Source: an uncultured virus (IMG/VR IMGVR_UViG_3300027413_000005) (lineage: Duplodnaviria; Heunggongvirae; Uroviricota; Caudoviricetes). From it: a stretch of 20,000 bases of DNA. Location: positions 56,249 through 76,248 of IMG/VR virus record IMGVR_UViG_3300027413_000005. The stretch is one strand, 5' to 3'. The notes beneath the pieces were generated by a model. It saw only the letters and a program-made list of their open reading frames with translations. It was not told the origin of the DNA and did no database searches. Position 1 is the stretch's first letter. Every line of letters starts with the position of its first letter. Below, piece after piece: positions 1-10,549 of the stretch. The position numbers were made by a program, and so were the translations under genes.

Positions 1-1
1 T

Positions 2-3000
2 ACTTTTGTAATTAAAGCTAAGAATGGAGAACAGTCATTACAAATAGGACAAGAGTATTTTGTAGGACAAGGTGTAAACTTTGAAGGGGAAACACCTCTT
101 GATGAACCAGTAGTAATAAGTAGTTTTGTTCCAGTAGGACAGAATGAAGATGGAACTATTCAGATCAAAGATCAGTCTGGCCAGGTAAGGGATATATCAC
201 CAGATGTTTTATTAGATTATAATGTAGGTAGAAAATCTACATTAGTTAATAACAAGACAGCTAACTTCTATTACAGGCATAGGGATAAAGTATTTGAATT
301 TAACTTTGGTAAAAACTTTGGAGGTAAAAGAAAAGGAAGACTTATGTATGATAATGGGAAACTGTTTTTTGTATATAAAGATTCTAATGGTACTATTCTT
401 AAAAAAGAATTAGCTAATAAGTTTTTTGCACCACAACCTGGATTTGATCAAGCAAGAATTACTCCAGTAGGAAAAGTTACTGCTGAACAACAAGATGCTG
501 CAAATCAGTTTCTTAGTCCAGAGGAGTTAGCAAAGAATGAACAAACTCTTCAGTCAAATAGAGAGAATAGGCTTAAGATAATGAATGACTTAGGCGTAGA
601 GTCTAAGAGAAGATTAGAGGAGATAAATAAACAGTTAGAGAAGGATAGAAAGAAACTAGCTATCATTAAGAAAGATCTTGAGTCTATCTATACAATGAAA
701 GAGGGAGGTTCTAGAATAAAACTAACATATTCTAAGGCACAAAAGAATTTTACTAGAGCTATAAATAACTATACTGCTATGCAACAGGATACGCAAGATC
801 GTATCACAGAGTTAGAAAGAGAGCAAGAAGAGCTTGATTTAAACACTTCATACTTTGAAGCATTTGAAGTAGATCTATTAGACCTACCAGGAAACACTAA
901 AGAGTTTTTAAAAGAATTAAAAGATCAACTATCTTTACTAGAACAAAATGGTAAAGCTGTAAACAACGAAATAAAAGCTAATAACAAATTACTAGACTCT
1001 ATAAAGAAAGCTACTAAGAAGGCAGCTAAGTTACTTAAGAGTGCTTTAGAAACTACATATGTATATGATGAAGATTATGGTGATTATTTAAAAGATCTTT
1101 TAGAAAAGTCTGTGACTGGAGAAGACTTATTAAATACATGGCCTTTATTAAAACAAGAACTAGCTAACTTTAATCTTACTAACGACATACAAAAAGAAAC
1201 TAATGTTTCTGAGAGAGATGTGTTTGATGCATTAGAAAGTCGTAAAGAATTAGAAGCTACATTAGAGAGTCTAAGAAAAGAGTATGTAGCTAAGAAAGTT
1301 ATTGTAGATAGATTCCAAAGAGTAATGGATGAGTATGTTGTAGAAAAACAAAATCAAGATAAGATTGCTAATAATACTAAGTTGCTAGCAGACTTACAAC
1401 AAACTGCAAATACTGGTCCTGTAACAGATGCAGAACCAAAATCATTTGATCCTATTTCTAAAAAGTCTAATGACGTAATACCAAGAGCTAGTGTAGGTGA
1501 ACCTACAGGCCCAATACAGGATCATCAAGTTAGAGCTAATACATTTGGAGTAAACTTAAATAAGTTTGCGAATAGAAAGAATATTCGTGCTATATATTTA
1601 ACACTTAAGACCCAAGACCAAAAATTAGATGGGGTTGTACAAAGAATACTTGATAATGGTAGTCCAGAACTTATGGAAAAGTTTGGAGATTCTATTATTG
1701 TTATGGTGATGATAGATACAGCTGGTAACTTAGTAGGAGTTGATGGTCAACCTATACCTAACACTAAGAATCAACTAGACAATGCTATCTATCAAACTAT
1801 ACCTGAATCATCTCTTACAAACACTAAAGGTAGTTTGTTTAGAGTAGAGGATAGCGAAACAGCTGCAATTAAAAAACAGTTTGGTGTCTTTAGAAAAGGT
1901 ATTCTAGACAGGAATATGGTAGGTGTACCATTTAATATAGAAGCATCTTTTGGTATACCTCAATATGAACAAGACTCTAATGGAAATAATGTCTTAGGAA
2001 CTACATCTGTAGTAGAAGCAGACTTAATTAGTGAAACGGATTTATCTAAAACTAATGTAATATTTATTCCTACGACTAACAAGAATATATTTAAAGGTAC
2101 AGTTACGTACTCTCAACCTTTTGGTAGTGTATTTTTAGATCTACCTAATGGATATGTTAAGTTAAGAAATAGAAAACATACTACACAAGAAGCAGAAGCT
2201 ATATATGATTCTTTACATGCACTCTCTAAAGAGATAGTAGATTTAGATAAAGGAGCAACTAGTGATACATCAGTTCGATTATTTAACTTTTTAAAAGGTG
2301 TAACTTATTGGGGAATTCCTGTAGACACTAATGGTAATAGAAAAGCAACAGGACAAAATAGTGTGTTCTTTGAAAGAGAAATTGGTGAATCAATATCAGG
2401 AATAAATTTTACTAAGTTATCATTAAAAATGGGAGCATTTCCATCAGTGGATTTTAACCCTGTTTCTATATCAAAGAATAAAGAATTTATTATTGAGACG
2501 TTGGGCCAGATGTATAATAACATCGATAACTCTAATCTAAAAAACATAGACCAGTCCTTTGAGCAAATAACAAAAATAAATGAGAACGGTACAATAGAAT
2601 CAATAACGTGGCCTAATTACCAAACCTATCTATTATCTAAAAACATACCAGGAGGAGGTACAAGACAAGATTTTCAACTTCCTTTACATACTACAATGAA
2701 ACCTGTGGTAGAAGGTAGTGATGAGGTTAACAGAAGGGGTGTATATTTTGTAAATGAAGATAGTGCTGAAGATTTTATATCCGAAGTGGTGCCACCAAAG
2801 TCAACAAGAATTCAAGTAATAAGTCCAAAAGGACCAGCTGCGCCAACACAACAAACTAGTGAGGTTAGTTTAAATAAACAATCATCTTTAAGTACTATAG
2901 TTTCTTCATGGTTACAAACAGAGGAAGGTTCTTTAGACAACCAAACTGCAGAAGAATCAGCATCTAAGTTTGCTTTAATCTACAACAGAAAAAACCCTGT

Positions 3001-6000
3001 AACAGGTGAAGACAATAGATCAGTAGCTGAGATTATAGAAGGCAACAAAAGCTTAACACCTGGTCAAAGAAAAGATAACGCAGGTCAAGTAGGTACAGAT
3101 CTATTTAACACAATTGCTCAAGGCATGAGTGTTAGAGAAACTATATTGAATGAAATTAAAAATCAAACTTTATCTTTAAAACCAACACCACAAACTAGTG
3201 AGGTTGAAGTTGTATTAGATAACAAACAAACTAATACCTTTACCAGTCCTAAAGGCAAAAAGATTTTGTTTAAAGCTTCTCCAAGTACTACTGCTCAAAA
3301 CTATAAGGAAAAGGGACAGATTTCAGTTATGATGAATGATGACTTGAAACAATTACTTGCAGAAAATCCTGATGCTGCAACACAAGAAAAAATAAAGAAA
3401 AGTATAAAGTATGAGATCTATAATTATATAGCACCTGAGTTAGCTAAATTAAAAGAACAGGATGCAGAGGATGAAATGCAAATGACTCCTGAGATGTTTG
3501 ATCAGATCATGGCTGCAAGAAAACAAAAAGGTAAATCATCTCCAAGTAGTGATGTGCTAAACGCTTTAAAGAATGGACGTAATAATCAGAACAATGAAGT
3601 TCTACGTGAGGTTGTTACTGAGTCTATAGAGGGAATGAGTGAGGAGAACTGGAAAGATGCAAGAGCATGGATGTCTAAGAATTTACCTGGTGTTAGTTTC
3701 AATAGAGTTAAGAATATAATAAAAACTAAAGATGGAAAAAAAGCATGGGGATTCTTTGAAAACAATAGTATATATGTATATGAAAATGCAGAAGTAGGTA
3801 CAGTTTACCATGAAGCATTTGAAGCTGTCTTTGCACAATTCTTATCTCCACAAGAAAAGGAAAAACTATTTAATGAATTTACATCTCGCAAAGGAACTTT
3901 TGTAGACAGACCTACAGGAAGAACAGTAAAATATTCTCAAGCTACGAGAGATGAAATGAGAGAACAGTTAGCAGAAGACTTTAGAGATTATATACAAGAC
4001 AAGAAAAAACCAGAAGGTGGTTTCTTTTCTAGAGTATTTAAACAATTAAAGGATCTTATTGAAAAATGGTTTCTTAGTCCACAGTCACAAACTTATAGTA
4101 ATGAATTGTTTGACAAGATTGATGGAGGTGGCTTTGTGTCTTTGGATTACCTTCCTCTTTTACCTTTTGGGTTATTTAATTCTTATGATACTGTTGACTT
4201 TGCAACACCAGGAACTAGTGCTGTATTTAGAGTAGAAACAGGTCTTAGTGATGTGCAAGTACATGATACGATTGAGCACATGACATATCTTACACTGAGA
4301 AATATAATTGCAAATAACGAAAGTTTATTCTCAGTACCAGAACTTAATCAAACAGAGTTATATAGTAGATTAAAAGGTGAGGTTCTTGCTTCTGTAGGAC
4401 AGGTGGCCCAACAGTATAAAGACATTCGTCCTCAGTTTGAAAAGTCAACTGGAGGTCAATTACAAGAAATAGATAATAAAATAGATGAGACTGTAGATCT
4501 AATGCAAAGAATAGATGACTCATGGACTTATCTTACTAAAAAGCATAAAGAATATATACTATCTTTTGGGATTACTTTTGATGAAGCTGATCAGTTACAA
4601 CTAGAAGAAGATAGATCTAATAAAGGGTATAATTCTGATGCTACAAAAATAGATAACTTTAAAAAGACTGGAGCAGCAGTAAAATTATTACTAGCTACTG
4701 TTCCAGTAGTTACAGTTAATGAAAATGCAGATGTAAGATTTAGTCCTAGCACTATAAACGGTGTTAAGCTTCTTCCTGTTACACAAACATTTATTACTGT
4801 TTTAGAAAATGTTTCTAATGCTACTAGCATGGAGAACATGTTAGAGAAGTTAAGGGATGTTGCTCTTAATGATCCTAATTACTTATCTTTATATAAACGT
4901 CTTAGTGGAAGAGGTGCTAATGAAGGTGCAGTTAGTCTTGACAATATTACTGAAAGACATCAGTTAACCTTACTAGCAGCATTGTTTAAAACATTTAAAA
5001 AACAAAATCCTATTGTTAAAATAGTAAATGTATTAGAGAATGGAGAAACTGTAGTTTCTGAAGCTAATTTATCTACAGCATCTCGTCAGATGTCTCAACA
5101 GTATCTAAACTCTATTGTTACTACATCTAAGAGAGGTAATGGAATATTTAAGCAAGTGGGTGGAGTATTTAATCCAGACACTAAAAAGTTATCTAAATAT
5201 CCTTTAAATACTTTGCAGAACATGTTTAATTTCTTAGGAGGATTAGGCATACCTTTTAATGCAAAAGAGTACAATAATTTTGATGTAGGTCAAAAGAAAA
5301 GATTTGCATCAGCTGTTAATGGAATAAAGAAAAGTATTGAACAATCAAAAGATATTAAATTCTTTTCTACTAAATCATTAAACTTTGCTGGACAGATATT
5401 AAATTTAGCTACATTAAAAGTTATAGCTACTAACCCAGAGGTATCTAGTACATACTTTAATATAGATGGTGAGAGAGTTCAAACTTATATTGGAACTAAT
5501 GCTGCATCTGAAGTACATAACTTTATGACATCTGTAGGAAATAAGCAAGAACTAGGAGATACTCCTTATTCTTATTTATTAACTGATGTATTCGCACAAA
5601 ACTCTACTATAATAGAAAGAATATATGATGCAGAAGGTAACCTAAGAACAGATAAAGTAAATTTATTTAAGCCAGGATATGCTGGAGGAATACTCAATGG
5701 ACAAAAAGGTACTGCAAAGGGATCATCTCAGTTACAATTTCCTGATAGACTACGACAAGAATTAAATCAAAACATAAATGGTCAATATCTAAACCTTGTT
5801 CCTGGAGATTCTTCTTTAGAGCATACGTTAGAAATGGGCAATCCTATTACTGAAAGAGACATAGTAAGTGGAGGTGCAGTATTAAACACTGTAATGAAAG
5901 GTTATTTTCTTTCTGAAGTAGAATTAGCTAGAGAAAAACGTGATATAGTTGAGATAGATAATAGACAAACTTCTGACTTAAGATTCTTTAAAGAGATATT

Positions 6001-9000
6001 AGGAGAAGAATTGCATGAAGAGATAAGACAAAATGTTTTAGATCCTGCTTTAACAGCAGAACAAGTTTATGAACTCAGTGTAGATAAAATTATAGATGCT
6101 ACTTCTTCTTATATACAAAGAAATAAAAATCAATATGCTACTTTTTTATTAAAGTACGGAGTTATACAACAAGCTGAAAATGAGCAATCAGGAGAACTTA
6201 CAGATAGGTATACTGCATCAGGTGTAGAAGGTATGACAAATATGACTATACAAGAAATGGACAGAAAACTTCTTGTGCAGGAGATTAATTATATCATTTC
6301 TAACATAGAGATGCATAAAATACTATATGGAGATCCTTATGGATATAAAGATGAACTTAAACGTATTAAAAGTTTCTTATCTCCTAGACAAGCTATAGTT
6401 AACAACTCTCCACAATGGAACAATAGAGCAAATGAAATATGGAATAGAGGATTAGAAATAGATACTGTAGGTTATACTAAGTTTACTAGAGATTACTTTC
6501 GAACTGTAACAGGAGGAGATGTAAAAGGAGTAATAGATATACCTAATTATAAAGCATATACAGAGACTGATGGTGGAGGAATAATTTCTATAAAAGCTTA
6601 TCGTAACTTTAGAATTAGAACTGCAGACTGGAATGATGCACAAGAGAGTCAATATAGATATGATATAGCTTGGTACAAAAGACACAAGAGTTTACCACTT
6701 TCAAAATCAGAAAAAGATCTTTTAAAAGAAGGTAACCCTCAAGTACAGAGTACATACGTAACTCTTAAACCTATTGTTTCTGGTGCTAAACTAGATAAAG
6801 ACGGTAGTGTATCTGCTAATAATAATGTAGTGCTAGATAAATATGCATTATATCCTCTTTCATACAGAGTGATGCATGAAATAAATCCTACATCTAATAC
6901 TCTTAAGTTATATGATAAGATGCAAAAAGAAGATATAGATTATCTGGTCTTTGAGTCTGGTAGAAAAGTAGGAGCAGAAGGTATACATGATACATATAAT
7001 GATGATGGTGAGTTTAATAATGCAGAATATGAAAGTGTTATAAATATACCGTTTAATATTATAAGTCTGCAATCAGAAGTACCTTCTAAGGAAGATGGAA
7101 GAGTAACACGTGCAAGTCAAATTACTAAACTTATAACTCTAGATTACTTAGATAATGGTATGCCTATAGATTATAAAGGTGCACTTGATCAGTGGTTAAC
7201 TTTAACTGAAGAACAAAAACAAAAAGCATCAGTTATATATGCAGAGATTCAGAATAACACAAAGCTCTTAGATGAGATGACCAAGGAAGGTCTTAATGTT
7301 ATGATGAAAAAACTTGGTATTACCAGAGTAGGTAACGCATATAAAGTTACTGATTTGGCTCCAGCTGCTAAAACATTACGTGAGGAATTATTTAAAAGAG
7401 AGACTAATGATAATATAAGTGATGCTCTAGATGGATTTTTAATGGGAGATGCAGTTCTAGAAGCTACCCAATCATATAATCAGATTAGAAATATATTATA
7501 TTCTATAGTACAGAAAAGTATTGTACGTCCTAAGATAAACGGTGGACAGAAAGTGCAGATACCTTCAGCATTATTTGAGTCTACTCGTACAAAAAAAACC
7601 ACTATTAATGGTAAGATAGGTTATACTTCTGAGGTACTTAAGTTTTACAATAACTCAAAGGGAGAAAACGTAATGGAAGTTATGGTGGGTCGTTGGTTTG
7701 GTAGTAGCTTATCTGATGAGGCACTTCTAGAATACCTAAACAATACTGAGGAAGGTCAAAAGATATTACGTGGTGTAGCTTTCCGTATACCTACACAGAA
7801 ACAAAACTCTATTGATGCTATAAAGATAAAGCAATTCTTACCAAAAGAATTTGGGGATAATGTTGTTGTACCTGCTGCTCTAGTAGAGAAGGTGGGATCG
7901 GATTTTGATATTGATAAACTTTTCATGTATCTTAAAAATGTAACATACATTAATAATGAGTTACAGTTAATTCCATTTTATGGATATGGTGAACAATCCA
8001 AGAAAAGATTTGGAGAGTTATTTGATGCAGGTTCACTTCTTAATAAAGCTCAGCAAAAAGAATTACAAGCTCAAATAGATTTGTTTGAATCTGGAGAACT
8101 TGAAGGTGATTTAATTGAAGCTATATTTGGAGAAACCTTTGACAATCAGGATGTTATTGATGATTACATATTAGAACTTAAAGACAAAGGTATACGTCAG
8201 ACTGTAATAGATAGAATGTATATGAGATCTTTAGAGAATGAATTTATTCAGTCTACAGAGAATCTTATAACCTTTCCAGAAAACTATGAAAGATTAACTG
8301 TTCCAAATGACGCTAGTCAATTAGAAGAATTATCTAAAGAGATTGTAGACAAGACAAAAGAATCAGCATTTAACTATCGTAACGTTGGTAACTTACTAAA
8401 TAGAAGATTTATGGCTAGGTTACGTAATGCTTTTGTACAAGGTAAAAGAGGTATTGGTATTGCTGCAGTGAATCAAACTAACTTAGCACTTAACCAACAT
8501 TCTCCAGTATTTGTAGAACTAAATAGTATAAAGTTTAGAAGAAAAAATACTGTAAACATACCTGATAACGGTGAGATGATAAGTCTTTCTGGTGTCAAAA
8601 ATAAAGCTGAAGATTATATATCAGACATAAATGGACAAGTGATAGATGGCATGGTAGATATATCAGCAGGTCCATGGATTATAGAGTTAGGAATTACACC
8701 TGCTACAGCTTCTACATGGTTGTACTTAATTAAGGCTGGTGTACCAATAGATTCTGTAGCATACTTTATGAACCAACCTATCATTATTGACTATTTAAAC
8801 AAGATAGAAGAGAGTGGTTATACATGGTTATTTATAGAGGACTTTGCTAATGAGCTTAAAGAAAATAAATATGACAGCCCAAGTAACTTAACATCTGCTG
8901 AAAAACAACTTCTTCCTGATTCAAATGCATTACGTTCACAACTTGGTAAGACTACCTTTAGTAATAAAGATGCTGCATATCAAAGACTTATATTAGATGA

Positions 9001-10546
9001 GTTTTTAAACTACGCAAAGCAAGCTCAAGATCTATTTGAAGTAACACAAGGTACGAATTGGGATACCTCTACATTTAATGACCCTCTACTCATCTTTAAA
9101 AAAGAAGAACAATATTTAAATGCATTACAGAAACCCATATTTAGTTATGTAGATGGAAAAGTAATTCCAGCTGCTGAAGCTTTAGTACAAACCACTTTCT
9201 TAAAAGAAACTATATTGTCTCTTACACAAGCAAGAAATGGCATAGCTAACTTTCTTACATCAGATCAAGACAGGAGTAGAACAATCTTGCAAAAGGTTTT
9301 ACGTCCATACATTAATAGATCAGATAGAGATTTTATTAAAATTAGTAGAGCTGCAACAAATAGTTTCTTTGATTATGCAGTTCAGACAGATCAAAATTTA
9401 AACATGTTTCTAAAGTCTTTACTGATAGACAAAGATGGAATAGCTTTTCAAGTAGACAAGTTTGTCGAAGATGTATTAGGAAACCCTAACCATCCTTTAT
9501 ATGAAAACCAAGTAGTGCGACTATTGGAAAGTGATCCTAATAAACGTGTTGGGGATGTTGCTAATAATATAAAGTTAAGAAACAATGATAGAAAAGTTTA
9601 TGAACAGAACTCTATTATATATGCTTTCCGCCAACTTAAAGAAGAATTAGGTGATGGAAGTAATCTATATAGTAATATTTTAATAAGTTCTATACTACAG
9701 TCAGGTTTAAATAATTCTCCTATATCATTTACATCTTTGTTACCTTATGAAGACTTCCAAAAAATATACAATCAAACATTGTCTACCTTAGAAAAAAACC
9801 CTAACTTGAACGACTTCTATGAACTAGGTATGTTCGAGAGAAATAATTGGTCTGCTGGAAGTGGAATTGTTCCATCAAAGAAGGCTCCTTGGATACAAAC
9901 AGATCAAGGTAAAAGATACAATCCAGCAATGTTATACCTTCCTAAAAACATTAAAGCAAGTACAGCTACAAAAGCTATACCTCAATTAGTAACAATTGGT
10001 ACAGGGACTAGGGAAGGACAATCAGACTATATAACATATAGTTGGAACAGTGGAAGTTATGATGCTAAACAAAGAAAAGAAATGGCTTCTAAAGGAGACT
10101 TCTCATTTATTAATAAAGCTTTATTTAAGAAGATAAAGAGTGGAGATGAAGGTTTTATTCATTCTTACAAACAGAAAAAAACTGGTAAACTTATGGAATA
10201 TTTTGTATACAAACATATAAATGCACTAGGAGATTCTTATAGAGCTCAAGAATATTACATAAATGCTAAGCCTTCTGTATTTGATAATGGTTTATTAAAA
10301 GCAGAAGAGAAACAAGATGTTACTATAATAGAAGCATGGAAAGGAAAAGCTGCTGTAAGGCCAGTTGCTCAAAAGAATGACACATCAGACAGTAACCAAT
10401 TAGTTACTAAAACAGGTGCAGTCTATAAATTAAGTTTGTCAAATGCTACGTACAGTGAAGCTGCTATTAATACAGTGCTATTAACAGAGCTAGGGTATAC
10501 AGAAGAACAAGCAGGTGAGATATTTGAAGAAATTTGTAAAATATAA
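2..10546 (+). CDS. Giant virion-associated polyvalent protein containing a crAss-like/phi14:2 gp66-type DNA-dependent RNA polymerase (5'-truncated, >3514 aa)
   Basis: The frame of the track ORF 344..10546 stays open back to base 2 (TFVIKAKNGEQ...KRKGRL-M), so ATG 344 is internal and the true start lies outside the window. Motifs: ETDGGG (6563-6580), ESGRKVG, FRIPTQ (7781-7798) and GSDFDIDK (DFDID at 7901-7915), the DxDxD catalytic loop variant of crAss-like virion RNAPs. Zincin-like HEAFE at 3809-3823. Ends at TAA 10544-10546. Confidence 0.9.
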   Translation, partial: TFVIKAKNGEQSLQIGQEYFVGQGVNFEGETPLDEPVVISSFVPVGQNEDGTIQIKDQSGQVRDISPDVLLDYNVGRKSTLVNNKTANFYYRHRDKVFEFNFGKNFGGKRKGRLMYDNGKLFFVYKDSNGTILKKELANKFFAPQPGFDQARITPVGKVTAEQQDAANQFLSPEELAKNEQTLQSNRENRLKIMNDLGVESKRRLEEINKQLEKDRKKLAIIKKDLESIYTMKEGGSRIKLTYSKAQKNFTRAINNYTAMQQDTQDRITELEREQEELDLNTSYFEAFEVDLLDLPGNTKEFLKELKDQLSLLEQNGKAVNNEIKANNKLLDSIKKATKKAAKLLKSALETTYVYDEDYGDYLKDLLEKSVTGEDLLNTWPLLKQELANFNLTNDIQKETNVSERDVFDALESRKELEATLESLRKEYVAKKVIVDRFQRVMDEYVVEKQNQDKIANNTKLLADLQQTANTGPVTDAEPKSFDPISKKSNDVIPRASVGEPTGPIQDHQVRANTFGVNLNKFANRKNIRAIYLTLKTQDQKLDGVVQRILDNGSPELMEKFGDSIIVMVMIDTAGNLVGVDGQPIPNTKNQLDNAIYQTIPESSLTNTKGSLFRVEDSETAAIKKQFGVFRKGILDRNMVGVPFNIEASFGIPQYEQDSNGNNVLGTTSVVEADLISETDLSKTNVIFIPTTNKNIFKGTVTYSQPFGSVFLDLPNGYVKLRNRKHTTQEAEAIYDSLHALSKEIVDLDKGATSDTSVRLFNFLKGVTYWGIPVDTNGNRKATGQNSVFFEREIGESISGINFTKLSLKMGAFPSVDFNPVSISKNKEFIIETLGQMYNNIDNSNLKNIDQSFEQITKINENGTIESITWPNYQTYLLSKNIPGGGTRQDFQLPLHTTMKPVVEGSDEVNRRGVYFVNEDSAEDFISEVVPPKSTRIQVISPKGPAAPTQQTSEVSLNKQSSLSTIVSSWLQTEEGSLDNQTAEESASKFALIYNRKNPVTGEDNRSVAEIIEGNKSLTPGQRKDNAGQVGTDLFNTIAQGMSVRETILNEIKNQTLSLKPTPQTSEVEVVLDNKQTNTFTSPKGKKILFKASPSTTAQNYKEKGQISVMMNDDLKQLLAENPDAATQEKIKKSIKYEIYNYIAPELAKLKEQDAEDEMQMTPEMFDQIMAARKQKGKSSPSSDVLNALKNGRNNQNNEVLREVVTESIEGMSEENWKDARAWMSKNLPGVSFNRVKNIIKTKDGKKAWGFFENNSIYVYENAEVGTVYHEAFEAVFAQFLSPQEKEKLFNEFTSRKGTFVDRPTGRTVKYSQATRDEMREQLAEDFRDYIQDKKKPEGGFFSRVFKQLKDLIEKWFLSPQSQTYSNELFDKIDGGGFVSLDYLPLLPFGLFNSYDTVDFATPGTSAVFRVETGLSDVQVHDTIEHMTYLTLRNIIANNESLFSVPELNQTELYSRLKGEVLASVGQVAQQYKDIRPQFEKSTGGQLQEIDNKIDETVDLMQRIDDSWTYLTKKHKEYILSFGITFDEADQLQLEEDRSNKGYNSDATKIDNFKKTGAAVKLLLATVPVVTVNENADVRFSPSTINGVKLLPVTQTFITVLENVSNATSMENMLEKLRDVALNDPNYLSLYKRLSGRGANEGAVSLDNITERHQLTLLAALFKTFKKQNPIVKIVNVLENGETVVSEANLSTASRQMSQQYLNSIVTTSKRGNGIFKQVGGVFNPDTKKLSKYPLNTLQNMFNFLGGLGIPFNAKEYNNFDVGQKKRFASAVNGIKKSIEQSKDIKFFSTKSLNFAGQILNLATLKVIATNPEVSSTYFNIDGERVQTYIGTNAASEVHNFMTSVGNKQELGDTPYSYLLTDVFAQNSTIIERIYDAEGNLRTDKVNLFKPGYAGGILNGQKGTAKGSSQLQFPDRLRQELNQNINGQYLNLVPGDSSLEHTLEMGNPITERDIVSGGAVLNTVMKGYFLSEVELAREKRDIVEIDNRQTSDLRFFKEILGEELHEEIRQNVLDPALTAEQVYELSVDKIIDATSSYIQRNKNQYATFLLKYGVIQQAENEQSGELTDRYTASGVEGMTNMTIQEMDRKLLVQEINYIISNIEMHKILYGDPYGYKDELKRIKSFLSPRQAIVNNSPQWNNRANEIWNRGLEIDTVGYTKFTRDYFRTVTGGDVKGVIDIPNYKAYTETDGGGIISIKAYRNFRIRTADWNDAQESQYRYDIAWYKRHKSLPLSKSEKDLLKEGNPQVQSTYVTLKPIVSGAKLDKDGSVSANNNVVLDKYALYPLSYRVMHEINPTSNTLKLYDKMQKEDIDYLVFESGRKVGAEGIHDTYNDDGEFNNAEYESVINIPFNIISLQSEVPSKEDGRVTRASQITKLITLDYLDNGMPIDYKGALDQWLTLTEEQKQKASVIYAEIQNNTKLLDEMTKEGLNVMMKKLGITRVGNAYKVTDLAPAAKTLREELFKRETNDNISDALDGFLMGDAVLEATQSYNQIRNILYSIVQKSIVRPKINGGQKVQIPSALFESTRTKKTTINGKIGYTSEVLKFYNNSKGENVMEVMVGRWFGSSLSDEALLEYLNNTEEGQKILRGVAFRIPTQKQNSIDAIKIKQFLPKEFGDNVVVPAALVEKVGSDFDIDKLFMYLKNVTYINNELQLIPFYGYGEQSKKRFGELFDAGSLLNKAQQKELQAQIDLFESGELEGDLIEAIFGETFDNQDVIDDYILELKDKGIRQTVIDRMYMRSLENEFIQSTENLITFPENYERLTVPNDASQLEELSKEIVDKTKESAFNYRNVGNLLNRRFMARLRNAFVQGKRGIGIAAVNQTNLALNQHSPVFVELNSIKFRRKNTVNIPDNGEMISLSGVKNKAEDYISDINGQVIDGMVDISAGPWIIELGITPATASTWLYLIKAGVPIDSVAYFMNQPIIIDYLNKIEESGYTWLFIEDFANELKENKYDSPSNLTSAEKQLLPDSNALRSQLGKTTFSNKDAAYQRLILDEFLNYAKQAQDLFEVTQGTNWDTSTFNDPLLIFKKEEQYLNALQKPIFSYVDGKVIPAAEALVQTTFLKETILSLTQARNGIANFLTSDQDRSRTILQKVLRPYINRSDRDFIKISRAATNSFFDYAVQTDQNLNMFLKSLLIDKDGIAFQVDKFVEDVLGNPNHPLYENQVVRLLESDPNKRVGDVANNIKLRNNDRKVYEQNSIIYAFRQLKEELGDGSNLYSNILISSILQSGLNNSPISFTSLLPYEDFQKIYNQTLSTLEKNPNLNDFYELGMFERNNWSAGSGIVPSKKAPWIQTDQGKRYNPAMLYLPKNIKASTATKAIPQLVTIGTGTREGQSDYITYSWNSGSYDAKQRKEMASKGDFSFINKALFKKIKSGDEGFIHSYKQKKTGKLMEYFVYKHINALGDSYRAQEYYINAKPSVFDNGLLKAEEKQDVTIIEAWKGKAAVRPVAQKNDTSDSNQLVTKTGAVYKLSLSNATYSEAAINTVLLTELGYTEEQAGEIFEEICKI
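2843..3205 (+). repeat. Pair of 24-bp direct repeats (2843-2866 and 3182-3205), 339 bp apart and in frame
   Basis: ccaacacAacaaactagtgaggtt versus ccaacacCacaaactagtgaggtt, 23/24 identical, encoding PTQQTSEV and PTPQTSEV. Confidence 0.9.
3640..4075 (+). other. Zincin-like (MPTase-type) domain in gene 1 with altered metal motif HEAFE
   Basis: AWGFF..NSIYV....EVGTVYHEAFEAVF, then REQLAEDFRDY and an amphipathic FFSRVFKQLKDLIEKWF helix; this is the layout of HExxH zincin domains of phage polyvalent proteins. Confidence 0.65.
6300..8800 (+). other. RNA polymerase core region (two-barrel type) within gene 1; boundaries approximate
   Basis: Ordered motifs LYGDP..KDELKR, TDGGG, LKP, KYAL, SGRKVG, RIPTQ, GSDFDIDK, GIGIAA, DGMVD, recognised by eye as the pattern of crAss-like RNAPs. 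Confidence 0.8.
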
Positions 10547-10549
10547 GAA

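Noticed and set aside
344..346. ATG 344 as the start of gene 1
   Set aside because: The frame is open and protein-like from base 2, so the gene begins upstream of the window.
2843..3205. CRISPR mini-array or IS target-site duplication reading of the 24-bp repeats
   Set aside because: Only two non-palindromic copies, 315 bp between them, fully coding in frame, with no transposase or terminal inverted repeats.
6300..8800. Intein or self-splicing intron in the RNAP
   Set aside because: No frame break, no internal Cys, and no recognisable intein splice-junction or LAGLIDADG/HNH motifs.
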